Source of the DNA: Nitrospinota bacterium
Lineage (GTDB): Bacteria > Nitrospinota > Nitrospinia > UBA9942
Assembly (NCBI GenBank): GCA_016194325.1
Contig: JACQBS010000026.1
Location: 1-59,811, forward strand
DNA length: 59,811 nt
Direction: 5' to 3'
Below the pieces are notes generated by a model. It was not told the DNA's origin. It searched no databases and saw only the letters and a program-made list of their open reading frames with translations. Position numbers and translations under genes: made by a program. Below, piece by piece: positions 35,686 through 47,113 of the stretch (positions are counted from its first letter, which is position 1; each line of letters starts with the position of its first letter).

Positions 35686-36090
35686 TTAATGTTCAATCTT
35701 CTCAATAAATATCCTTGCAGCTTTTATGGCATCTTTCACCATATCTACATTATAGATAAGCCCTCTATAATATCCTGCTATATGCAGGGTATCATAAAGC
35801 ATTTCAAATTCTCTCATAAGTTTTCCATTGCGAATTGCCAGATGCCTTTTCAATGCCTCTCTATAGGCATCTACCGATCCTTCGGCTTCGCTCAGGACAG
35901 GTTTAGGAAGTTCTTTTTTTATTAAGCCATGTTTAGTAATAAGGTACTCGTTTATTGCTTCTAAAATAGCAAGATAGGCTGTCCCAAAAGCCTCTCTTAC
36001 TGGCTTTACATCTGTATAGACATTTTCCTCTATAGGGATTTTTTTGAGTATCTCCTTTGCATTGTTTAAATATCTAATAGATTCCCTCAT
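35686..36090 (-). CDS. DUF5618-like small protein (second paralog, with an 8-aa repeat-derived insert)
   Basis: 'ESIRYLNNAKEIL...LHIAGYYRG'; carries PVLSEAEG, which the 33682 paralog lacks. Confidence 0.7.
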   Translation of the reverse strand: MRESIRYLNNAKEILKKIPIEENVYTDVKPVREAFGTAYLAILEAINEYLITKHGLIKKELPKPVLSEAEGSVDAYREALKRHLAIRNGKLMREFEMLYDTLHIAGYYRGLIYNVDMVKDAIKAARIFIEKIEH

Positions 36091-36187
36091 AGGGTTTAAG
36101 TGGGCTTTGGGGATTTTTAAACTGCCTCAAATTATATCAAGGCAGAGAGATATGTCAAGAGAAAAATTAAAAAGAAAAACCTAATCA

Positions 36188-36267
36188 AACCACAGATTCA
36201 CACAGATTAACACGAATTTAAAAAGAAAAAAGTTTTTATCTGTGTTCATCCGTGTTTATCTGTGGTT
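36188..36267. repeat. CACAGAT-family inverted-repeat element
   Basis: AACCACAGAT ... ATCTGTGGTT, perfect 10-bp ends. Confidence 0.85.
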
Positions 36268-36276
36268 GCTTTTATT

Positions 36277-38049
36277 TTAGGGGGTATCAAGCCTGATACT
36301 CAGTTCCTTCAACTGTCTCTTTTCTACATCCGATGGGGCGTCGGTCATAAGACAGATTGCCTTCTGGGTCTTTGGGAATGCAATTACATCCCTTATGGAT
36401 TTTGACTTTGTAAGGATTGCCATCAATCTGTCCAAGCCAAATGCAATCCCGCCATGGGGCGGTGTCCCATATTCAAGTGCCTCAAGCAGAAACCCGAACT
36501 TTGCCTTTGCCTCATCATCTGTCATGCCAAGTGTATCAAACATCTGCTTCTGAACCTCCTGCTTAAATATCCTTATACTCCCACCGCCAATCTCCGAGCC
36601 ATTCAGAACCAAATCATAAGCCTTTGCCCTCATTTTCTTGGGGTCAGTTTTAAATAATGATAAATCCTCATCCACAGGTGATGTAAATGGATGGTGCATT
36701 GCAACCCATCTCTTTTCTTCCTCATCCCAATCCAATAATGGGAAATCCGTTACCCATAGGAAATTGAATTTATTTTCATCTATTAATTTGAGCCTCTCAG
36801 CCAGTTTTAAACGAAGGTGTGATAGTGAATCAAAAACAACCTTCGGCTTATCTGCAACAAATAGTAGCAAGTCTCCAGATACCCCTTCCATTACTTGGAC
36901 AATTTCATCAAGAACCTCTTTTTTGAAAAACTTGGCTATTGGAGATTGAACCCCCTCAGAAGTAATCTTTAACCATGCAAGCCCCTTTGCACCAAAGATA
37001 CCTGCCTCTGCTGTCAAATCATCCAAATCCTTTCTTGAAAACTCAGCACACCCTTTAGCATTAATTCCTCTAACCGTTCCGCCATTTTTTATAGCCTCAG
37101 TAAAGACTTTAAAATCAGATTTAGATGCAGAAGAAGTTATATCTTTTAGCTCAAGTTCAAACCTCGTATCAGGTTTATCACTTCCGAATCTATCCATAAC
37201 CTCATGGTAGCTTAAAACAGGAAAGGTCCTTTCTATTTCAACACCTATAGATTTTTTAAATACCTCGGAGAGCATCTCTTCAATCAGAGGGAATATATCC
37301 TCCCTGTCTATAAAGGAGAGCTCCATATCTATCTGTGTAAATTCAGGCTGTCTATCTGCCCTTAAGTCTTCATCTCTGAAACATTTAACTACCTGAAAAT
37401 ATCTTTCATATCCTGCCACCATCAGAATTTGCTTAAAAAGTTGTGGGGATTGTGGGAGTGCATAAAACTTACCGGGGTTTAATCTACTCGGGACAAGATA
37501 ATCCCTTGCCCCTTCAGGCGTGCTTTTTGTCAAGAATGGCGTCTCTATCTCAAGAAAACCTCTGTTATCAAGGAAGTCACGAACAGTCTTTGCAACCTTA
37601 TGCCTTAAGATGATATTGCTTTTTAAAGAAGGTCTCCTTAAATCAAGGTATCTGTATTTTAGCCTCAGCATCTCGGACACCTCCTCACCATCTTCTACGA
37701 AAAATGGCAGTGGCTTGGACTCATTCAGAATCTCCAAATCTTCAACAGTAATTTCAATCTCTCCTGTCAGAAGTTTCGGATTGACAGTCCCTTCAGGTCT
37801 TGCAATAACCTTCCCCTTGATTGCCAGCACATATTCACTCCTTATTTCATGTGCCTTCTTATGTGCAATCTTATCAATCTCAGGATTTACCACCACCTGT
37901 GTAATCCCATCCCTGTCCCTTAAATCTATAAAGATTAATCCGCCGTGGTCCCTTCTCTTATGCACCCAGCCCATAAGTATTACAGTGTTGCCAGCATTAC
38001 TGCCCCTCAATTCACCACAGGTATGTGTTCTTTTAAATTTTTCAGCCAT
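36277..38049 (-). CDS. aspS: Aspartyl-tRNA synthetase (probably non-discriminating Asp/Asn)
   Basis: 'RTHTCGEL', 'PQSPQLFKQ', '[16 protein letters not shown]', '[12 protein letters not shown]'. 'RRDHGG' and 'RPEG' match the ND-type residues. Confidence 0.97.
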   Translation of the reverse strand: MAEKFKRTHTCGELRGSNAGNTVILMGWVHKRRDHGGLIFIDLRDRDGITQVVVNPEIDKIAHKKAHEIRSEYVLAIKGKVIARPEGTVNPKLLTGEIEITVEDLEILNESKPLPFFVEDGEEVSEMLRLKYRYLDLRRPSLKSNIILRHKVAKTVRDFLDNRGFLEIETPFLTKSTPEGARDYLVPSRLNPGKFYALPQSPQLFKQILMVAGYERYFQVVKCFRDEDLRADRQPEFTQIDMELSFIDREDIFPLIEEMLSEVFKKSIGVEIERTFPVLSYHEVMDRFGSDKPDTRFELELKDITSSASKSDFKVFTEAIKNGGTVRGINAKGCAEFSRKDLDDLTAEAGIFGAKGLAWLKITSEGVQSPIAKFFKKEVLDEIVQVMEGVSGDLLLFVADKPKVVFDSLSHLRLKLAERLKLIDENKFNFLWVTDFPLLDWDEEEKRWVAMHHPFTSPVDEDLSLFKTDPKKMRAKAYDLVLNGSEIGGGSIRIFKQEVQKQMFDTLGMTDDEAKAKFGFLLEALEYGTPPHGGIAFGLDRLMAILTKSKSIRDVIAFPKTQKAICLMTDAPSDVEKRQLKELSIRLDTP

Positions 38050-38132
38050 AGTTTATTACTATACCAAATTTTTTCTGATTTTTACAATTTAAAAACTACA
38101 AATGAATTAACGGGCTGTGGTAGAATTCTTTT

Positions 38133-40103
38133 ATGAATGAACTTCCATTATTAAGAGATATAATCATTATCCTTGCCTTTACCCTTCCGATTACTTTCAT
38201 ATTCCATAAATTAAAACTGCCTGCCATTATCGGTTACCTCCTTACAGGAATGGTTATTGGTCCCTATGGTATCAGGCTGATATATGAACTCAGCATGGTG
38301 AAGATATTGGCAGAGATCGGAGTTGCACTTTTATTGTTCACTGTAGGGCTTGAATTCTCTCTGACCCGTATGGCAAGAAATATTAAGACCATTGTCGGCA
38401 GCGGCGGGATTCAGGTCGTCCTGACAATTATCGGCACATTTATTATTTTTCATATCTCAGGCTACACCCTCCAGCAATCGCTCTTTTTTGGTTTTCTTGT
38501 CTCACTAAGCAGCACTGCAATTGTCCTCAAGATGTATACTGACAGGGGGGAAATTGATTCTCCTCACGGAAAATTTTCTGTAGGCATCCTCCTATTTCAG
38601 GACCTCTGTGTTGTCCCGATGATATTGCTGATTCCGATTCTTGGAAGCGGGGAGGGCGCCTCACTACAGATTATTATTACAGCAATTCTCAAGGCAGTAA
38701 TAGCAGTGGTGTTTATATTCTTTGCATCCCGTATCTTAGTGCCAAAACTGCTTCATCATATAGTCAGGCTGAAGAACCGTGAATCCCTCATCCTTTTTAT
38801 TATCCTTATTTGTCTTGGCACTGCATGGATTACACAGTATTTTGGCTTATCCCTCGCTATGGGTGCATTCATTGCAGGGTTGATTATATCCGAATCGGAA
38901 TACAGCAGTCAGGTTGTTGTTGATATATTGCCATTCCGGGATTTCTTCAGCAGTATCTTTTTTATCTCCATCGGGATGCTTTTTAAAATATATCATCTAA
39001 TCGAAAATCCAATATATTTACTATTTTTAACTGCATCTCTTATTGTGTTAAAGGCGATTCCTGCATTTCTTTCTGTCGTAATATTCCAGAAATCCCCCCG
39101 TATAGCATTTATATCCGCCCTGAGACTTGCCCAGATTGGTGAGTTTTCTTTTTTGTTGGCAGGAGAGGGGCTGTCACTGCAATTAATCGGGAATGATGAT
39201 TTTCAGACTTTTCTCATTACTGCAATCCTTACAATGATGGCGGCACCATTTTTAATTCAGGTATCCTATGGATTATCCCTTAAACTGCAGTCCCTTTTCT
39301 CAACCTCTGAGAAAAAGTGGGACGAGGGGGAAGGGGAAAAATTAAATGACCATGTCATCATTGCCGGTTACGGATTAAACGGAAAGAATCTCACTCAAGT
39401 TTTAAAGGAGACACGAATTCACTTTACTGTTATTGAAATGAATCCAGAGAGAATAGAAGCGGGAAAATCGGCAGGAATTCCAATAATGTATGGCGATATA
39501 ACAAGTAAAGAGATTCTCCATAAGGCAGGAATTGAACGGGCAAAGATTATTGTCTTTGCTATCTCAGACCTGCTGTCAGTCCGCAGGGGCATTGATATAG
39601 CCCGTCAGATGAATCCCAATATCCACATTATTGCCCGGACACTGTATGCATCAGAGGTAGAAGAATTGAACAGCCTTGGGGCGAATCAGGTCATTCCTAT
39701 GGATTTTGAAACTTCTGTGGAAATATTTTCACGGGTCTTGAAAGAGTATCACATACCAGGAAATATTATTAATCAATATGTGAGCATGATTAGAATGGAT
39801 GGCTACGGTATGCTCAGAGGACTCTCCATATCTCAGGAGAGACTTAAAGACCTTTATAGCTATTTATTAATGAGTACAATAGAAAGCTATCTGGTAATTG
39901 AAGGTTCAGTAGCAAATAAAAAGAGTTTAAAAGAGCTTGATTTGCGGCATAACACAGGGGCAGTTATTATTGCTCTTGTCAGGAAAGGAGATGCTAAGAT
40001 AAACCCCGACCCCGAATTAAAGATTGAGGCAGGAGACATTTTAATCTTGCTGGGGAGCCATGCACAGTTAGACAAGGCACTAAATTTATTGAGCCACGAA
40101 TAA
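38133..40103 (+). CDS. CPA2-family cation:proton antiporter (KefB/KefC-like) with TrkA-N and TrkA-C domains
   Basis: 'AEIGVALLLFTVGLEFS', 'LSSTAIV', 'QIGEFSF', 'IIAGYG', C-terminal RCK-C. Confidence 0.92.
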   Translation: MNELPLLRDIIIILAFTLPITFIFHKLKLPAIIGYLLTGMVIGPYGIRLIYELSMVKILAEIGVALLLFTVGLEFSLTRMARNIKTIVGSGGIQVVLTIIGTFIIFHISGYTLQQSLFFGFLVSLSSTAIVLKMYTDRGEIDSPHGKFSVGILLFQDLCVVPMILLIPILGSGEGASLQIIITAILKAVIAVVFIFFASRILVPKLLHHIVRLKNRESLILFIILICLGTAWITQYFGLSLAMGAFIAGLIISESEYSSQVVVDILPFRDFFSSIFFISIGMLFKIYHLIENPIYLLFLTASLIVLKAIPAFLSVVIFQKSPRIAFISALRLAQIGEFSFLLAGEGLSLQLIGNDDFQTFLITAILTMMAAPFLIQVSYGLSLKLQSLFSTSEKKWDEGEGEKLNDHVIIAGYGLNGKNLTQVLKETRIHFTVIEMNPERIEAGKSAGIPIMYGDITSKEILHKAGIERAKIIVFAISDLLSVRRGIDIARQMNPNIHIIARTLYASEVEELNSLGANQVIPMDFETSVEIFSRVLKEYHIPGNIINQYVSMIRMDGYGMLRGLSISQERLKDLYSYLLMSTIESYLVIEGSVANKKSLKELDLRHNTGAVIIALVRKGDAKINPDPELKIEAGDILILLGSHAQLDKALNLLSHE

Positions 40104-40190
40104 ACACGAATTTGCACTAATAAATAAAATTAAAAATTTAACTTTTTGATTTTTCTTTTCATTCGTGTTCATTCGTGTAAATTCGTGGCT
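40092..40190. repeat. CACGAAT-family inverted-repeat element overlapping the antiporter stop codon
   Basis: AGCCACGAAT ... ATTCGTGGCT. Confidence 0.85.
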
Positions 40191-40200
40191 AAGTGGTTTT

Positions 40201-42705
40201 ATGAAAAAACCAGTTATCCCAATCCTTCTATTCTACATTGCCGGTATTTTATACGGCAGATACCTCCCCATGCATCTCATTCATCTAACTGTATTTATAA
40301 TCTTTACATTATTGGTAGCCGCAACCCTTCACTTTGTTCAGGGCAAGCTCTTAAGGTTGCGTTTTCTTACGCAGGCTAAAGCCTGCGGCTACCTTATTCT
40401 CCTTCCTACTCTCTCCATTCTCGCAGGTGCTGTTGCCATAAACTATCAGTCCCTAACACTCCCCGATAATCATCTATCTCACCTTCTATCAGATAAAAAA
40501 GTGTCTATTGAGGGCATCATTTATAAACCGCCTGAGGTTCTGGAAAACAAGACAAGACTATATTTAGATGTGGAAAAGCTGTCTGGCAGAGATACTAATG
40601 GAAAAGTAAAAATAACACTATATAGAGACACCACCGATGCTAACTATAAAGACAGGGTCAGAATAAAAGATGTAAAGTTACATATCCCAAGGAATTTCAA
40701 AAATCCCGGCGGATTTGATTACAAGAGATTCATGGAGGACCAGGGCATTTATGTAATTGGAAGTATCAGTAAGGGGAATCAGATAGAGGTATTAGATAAA
40801 GATAAGGGGTGCATACTTTCATATATATATAAATCAAAAGAAAGGTTGTCACTTTTCATAGAGAAAAACGCCCCTCCCGAAGAGTCATCAATATTAAAGA
40901 CAATGGTCTTTGGTGAGAGGAGTGCAATCTCAAAAGAGATGAGGAATATATTCAGTTCTACAGGTATTGCCCACCTCCTGGCAGTATCAGGCTTGCATGT
41001 AGGGTTTGTAGCCTTTGCCGCCTTTTTAATATTCAAAAAGTTTTTCTCATTCTTGTTTTTACGCTTCTACCACAGACTCTTTTTAATTGGTGCAGTTCAG
41101 AGATTTGCGGCATTTTTCACCATGTTTCCTGTTTTATATTATTCAATATTAGTCGGTGCAAGTCCTTCAACAGTGAGGGCAGCAATAATGGCAATTGTAT
41201 ATCTATTGTCTATTGTCCTGTATAGAGAGGGGGACATATACAATACCCTATCCCTTGCCGCACTTATTATTCTGATATGGCATCCACCTTCCCTCTTTAA
41301 TATAGGCTTCCAGTTGTCATTTATCGCAGTTCTATCCATAGCTTATGGATTTACAATCCTGAATCAAGTTCAGGGTCAGGACAGCTTTAAGCCTTCACCC
41401 CTTAGTCCTTCGGTAGCCGCAGGCTTCAGCCTGCGTGAGTTTTTTCTAAGACACCGATGGCTGTATAACTATACCTTTTCATCTATATTTGCAACACTTG
41501 GAACTCTGCCAATAATCGCATATCATTTTAATCTTGTATCAATTATTGGGCCTATTGTAAATATACTTGCAATCCCTCTTGCATCTCTTATAGTCCCCCT
41601 TACACTCATTTTTTCACTATTGTCAAATATAAATGAACAGATTGCCTCTCTTCTAATAAATATACCTGTCTTTCTAACATTTATTTTGGTTAAGATAGCG
41701 AAATTTTTCACAAATATTCCTTATTACTCAATTAGGGTTCAGACCCCCTCTTTATTAACTATATTTATGATTTACCCTCTGCTCGTTGGGATATTAAACT
41801 TCAAACGACACAGGTGGATAAAAATAGGAACTATTTCAATATGCTTATTTTTAGTAATTTCTTCTGGATTCAGAATTCTATCTCATCACTCATCACTCAT
41901 CACTCATCACTTTTTGAGGGTTACCTTCATTGATGTAGGGCAGGCTGAATGCTCATTGATTCAATTCCCAAATGGAAAGACCCTGCTTATAGATGGAGGG
42001 AGATTGATGGATGATTTTGATGCGGGCGGAAGCATAGTAGCCCCTTATCTCTGGGATAAGGGTATTACAAAGATTGATTATGTTGTTGGTTCTCATCCAG
42101 ACAGTGACCATGTGGGCGGGCTATTGTTTATATTAAACGAAATGTCTGTTAAAAATTATTTTGATAATGGACAGGAATCAACTGATTTAATCCATGTAAA
42201 ACTGCGTGAGATTGCCAGAGAGAAAAATATTCTATACAGAGTTTTGGGGACAGGCGATAAAATAGAAGTTGATGAAAGGGTTAAGGTGGAGATATTACAC
42301 CCACCCAAAGGAAGTTCCAAGTTAGAAAAGAAAGGACACGATAACAACCTATCTATAGTCATGAAGATTACCTATGGCAATTTTTCTATTCTCTTTACAG
42401 GTGATATAGAAAAGGAGGCGGAGGAATTTTTAATTAGACAACAAAGTGAGGAGCTTAAAGCTAAAATTTTGAAAGTTCCTCATCACGGTAGTAGTTCTTC
42501 AAGCTCAGAAGAATTTATAAAAAAAGTAAGTCCAGAGGCTGCAACTTTTTCTGTTGGGTATAATAATCCTTTCAGACATCCCAATAAAAAAGTTTTAGCA
42601 AGATACAGAGATGCAGGGGCTAAAATATACAGGACAGATAGGGAGGGGTTGATAGAGATAGAATCAGATGGAAAAGGTTACACTGTAAAAACACATGATT
42701 TTTAA
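40201..42705 (+). CDS. comEC: DNA internalization competence protein ComEC/Rec2
   Basis: DUF4131/OB region, 'AHLLAVSGLHVG', 'GFQLSF', beta-lactamase fold 'DVGQ...HPDSDHVGG...PHHGS'; start ATG 40201. Confidence 0.93.
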   Translation: MKKPVIPILLFYIAGILYGRYLPMHLIHLTVFIIFTLLVAATLHFVQGKLLRLRFLTQAKACGYLILLPTLSILAGAVAINYQSLTLPDNHLSHLLSDKKVSIEGIIYKPPEVLENKTRLYLDVEKLSGRDTNGKVKITLYRDTTDANYKDRVRIKDVKLHIPRNFKNPGGFDYKRFMEDQGIYVIGSISKGNQIEVLDKDKGCILSYIYKSKERLSLFIEKNAPPEESSILKTMVFGERSAISKEMRNIFSSTGIAHLLAVSGLHVGFVAFAAFLIFKKFFSFLFLRFYHRLFLIGAVQRFAAFFTMFPVLYYSILVGASPSTVRAAIMAIVYLLSIVLYREGDIYNTLSLAALIILIWHPPSLFNIGFQLSFIAVLSIAYGFTILNQVQGQDSFKPSPLSPSVAAGFSLREFFLRHRWLYNYTFSSIFATLGTLPIIAYHFNLVSIIGPIVNILAIPLASLIVPLTLIFSLLSNINEQIASLLINIPVFLTFILVKIAKFFTNIPYYSIRVQTPSLLTIFMIYPLLVGILNFKRHRWIKIGTISICLFLVISSGFRILSHHSSLITHHFLRVTFIDVGQAECSLIQFPNGKTLLIDGGRLMDDFDAGGSIVAPYLWDKGITKIDYVVGSHPDSDHVGGLLFILNEMSVKNYFDNGQESTDLIHVKLREIAREKNILYRVLGTGDKIEVDERVKVEILHPPKGSSKLEKKGHDNNLSIVMKITYGNFSILFTGDIEKEAEEFLIRQQSEELKAKILKVPHHGSSSSSSEEFIKKVSPEAATFSVGYNNPFRHPNKKVLARYRDAGAKIYRTDREGLIEIESDGKGYTVKTHDF

Positions 42706-42713
42706 CACAGAGA

Positions 42714-43337
42714 CTATCTTTCTCTCCTCTTCTCAGCCTCTCCGACCATTGGGACAAAGGCTACACCGGTTATATGCTGGACATCAAGCTCACCTTTTAT
42801 TTTAGTAATTAGTGTTAAGGTCTGATAATAGGTAGTGCTTCCAAGTGGGATAATGAGCCTGCCCCCCTCTTTAAGCTGTTTTGTCAGGGGTGGAGGTATA
42901 TAGTTTGCTGCACAGGTAACAATTACAGCATCAAACGGCGCATATTCCTCCCATCCAAAATAACCATCACCTGCCTTTGCTTTTACATTCCCATATCCTA
43001 ATTCTTTAAGTCTTACCTCCGCCTTATCAGCAAGATTTTTTCTGATTTCAATTGTATAAACATTCGGGGTAATTTCAGAAAGGACTGCCGCCTGATAACC
43101 TGAGCCTGTGCCGATTTCAAGAACCTTCTCACCGTGCTTCAACTTGAGTATCTGGGTCATCAGAGCAACAATATATGGCTGCGAGATTGTCTGTCCTTCA
43201 TCTATTGGAAGGGGGTGGTCTGCATAGGCAACATCTTGAAGCTGTTTATCAACAAACCTATGCCTCTCAACCCTTCCCATTATTTCAAGAACCTTCGGGT
43301 CTGTTATATCCCGCCCTTTAAGATTGCTCTCAACCAT
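42714..43337 (-). CDS. pcm: Protein-L-isoaspartate O-methyltransferase
   Basis: 'VERHRFV', '[13 protein letters not shown]', '[13 protein letters not shown]', '[11 protein letters not shown]'. The true start may lie further upstream (signal-peptide-like stretch). Confidence 0.9.
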   Translation of the reverse strand: MVESNLKGRDITDPKVLEIMGRVERHRFVDKQLQDVAYADHPLPIDEGQTISQPYIVALMTQILKLKHGEKVLEIGTGSGYQAAVLSEITPNVYTIEIRKNLADKAEVRLKELGYGNVKAKAGDGYFGWEEYAPFDAVIVTCAANYIPPPLTKQLKEGGRLIIPLGSTTYYQTLTLITKIKGELDVQHITGVAFVPMVGEAEKRRER

Positions 43338-43479
43338 CTTTTTTCTTGCGGAGGCAAATCTGTCTTCATCGGCATTGATTTGTGATGAGAAAAAAAGGAT
43401 AAGAAATAGTGAGGCAAGAATATAGAAAATCTGATGCAGGGGGCAGGATAGATTCAGATAGCCATTCTCGTATCCTGTA

Positions 43480-43842
43480 TCATGTACCTTCTTCTTCCAG
43501 GGTAATACCCGCCTTTTTAAGCCACTCCTTCTCATTGAAGTTTTTTGAGCAGTAATCAAGAAATGCAATCTCGCCGGGGGTGAGCTCCCTTCCATCAATA
43601 TACTGCTTTGTGCTTTTCTTTTTTGATGGCTTTTTTGCTTTAGTATCTTTTTCTGCCAGATCGGCAAGCTCAGAGAGTGCCTGTACCTTTATCATCAGCA
43701 TCATAAAACCTTTGTCAACTATTACATTCTTTTCAATCAGGCGGGATAATATGCTTTTTACCTCTTTTGAGCCTACTATGGCATCTACAATTGCCCTTGA
43801 GAGTTTTTCTATGTCTTCTTCTGCGTTATTATGAAATTCCAT
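43480..43842 (-). CDS. Hypothetical protein
   Basis: 120-aa ORF with a GGAG RBS, in line with ligA and pcm; no family recognised. Confidence 0.7.
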   Translation of the reverse strand: MEFHNNAEEDIEKLSRAIVDAIVGSKEVKSILSRLIEKNVIVDKGFMMLMIKVQALSELADLAEKDTKAKKPSKKKSTKQYIDGRELTPGEIAFLDYCSKNFNEKEWLKKAGITLEEEGT

Positions 43843-43899
43843 TTTTCTCCCTAACTAATCCGAATAAACTCTACCTGTATTTCAAATATAAATAACATT

Positions 43900-45993
<2,094 letters not shown>

Positions 45994-46012
45994 CTATAGA
46001 TTGAGGAGAAAA

Positions 46013-46371
46013 TGGTGGAGGTGGCGGGAATCGAACCCGCGTCCGAAAATGCTCAACTGAAAGCATACTACATGCTTATCCTCTGTTTTAAAGTCTCGTT
46101 GCTCTCAACTCCCTGAGGCAGGATTCTTGAGCAACCAGCCTGATTAGTCTCGCCCCACACCCTCAGACATGATGTGCAGCCAGCCTGTATTTATAACATC
46201 CTTTTTCCATCCTACAGACAAAGACAGAGAGGATGCCGGCTGTTAATTAAGCAGCCAGTGCATATTCATAAGTGTTTGCACTTATGAGTTTCCATCAGGA
46301 TTTACGAGGTCAATGGATCCCTCGGCATGCAGCTTTAGTATCACTATTCCCGTCGAGACCAGGTCACCCCC
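46013..46371 (-). ncRNA. ssrA: tmRNA
   Basis: 5' GGGGGTGACCTGGTCTCGACGGG; 3' GGACGCGGGTTCGATTCCCGCCACCTCCACCA; tag ORF 46279-46247 encodes (A)ANTYEYALAA*. Confidence 0.95.
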
Positions 46372-46537
46372 TTTAAAAATTATACCATAAAATCTTCAGA
46401 TATTTACTTTGTTTTTTTATTTTTGATATGCTATATTTCACCTAAATTCAAATAAAATCAGGTAAAGTCTTTGATGTTTAGGCGAAAGAGCAAGAGATAT
46501 AAATTTGATATTCTATAACTGAAAGGAGGTTGTTTGA

Positions 46538-46723
46538 ATGGCTTCACTTAAAGAGGTTGCTATTGGGACTATACAACAGTTGCCTGACGAGTGCTCATTA
46601 GAGGATATAATGTATAAAATAGACTTTGTTGCTCAGGTTTTAGAGGGATTGAAGGACGCTGAAGCAGGAAAGCTGTTGACTGCTGAAGAACTTCTTAAAA
46701 GAGCTGAACAATTGGCAAAATAA
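46538..46723 (+). CDS. Small antitoxin (partner of a RelE/ParE toxin)
   Basis: 'IQQLPDECSLEDIMYKIDFVAQVLEGLKDAEAGK'; strong AAGGAGGT RBS; overlaps the toxin. Confidence 0.8.
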   Translation: MASLKEVAIGTIQQLPDECSLEDIMYKIDFVAQVLEGLKDAEAGKLLTAEELLKRAEQLAK

Positions 46724-47025
46724 GATGGACTGAGAAGGCGAGCAATCATTTATATGCGATTCATGAATATATTGCCAGAGATTCTAAAACTTACGCTACA
46801 AGATTCATTAGGTCTCTTGTTAAATCTATTATGAAACTCGAAACAATGCCTCATATTGGTCGCATTGTTCCAGAGCTTGCAGATTATGGTTTCAGAGAGA
46901 TTATTTATCAAAATTACAGAGTCGTCTATAGAATTGTTGACGATGAAGATATAGAAATTCTTGCTGTGCTACATGCTGCACGAAATTTTAAAAAGTCCTT
47001 GTATGAGGAATGGGAATTAAGTTGA
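46711..47025 (+). CDS. RelE/ParE-family toxin with an apparent non-canonical ATT start
   Basis: The frame is open from ATT 46711: 'IGKIRWTEKASNHLYAIHEYIARDS...GRIVPE...REIIYQNYRVVYRI'. An in-frame TGA lies just upstream (46705-46707). Confidence 0.75.
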   Translation: MGKIRWTEKASNHLYAIHEYIARDSKTYATRFIRSLVKSIMKLETMPHIGRIVPELADYGFREIIYQNYRVVYRIVDDEDIEILAVLHAARNFKKSLYEEWELS

Positions 47026-47113
47026 AGGAATATTTGCCTATCCCTTTGCCCAACTGCGAATAAATTGATAAATTATATGGGATGGAATGTAACCTTAACC
47101 ATATTGAAAAATC

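Noticed and set aside
155-40190. CRISPR array suggested by the recurring CACGAAT repeats
   Set aside because: Repeats have a 9-nt period in inverted arms with no constant-length unique spacers, and no cas genes are present.
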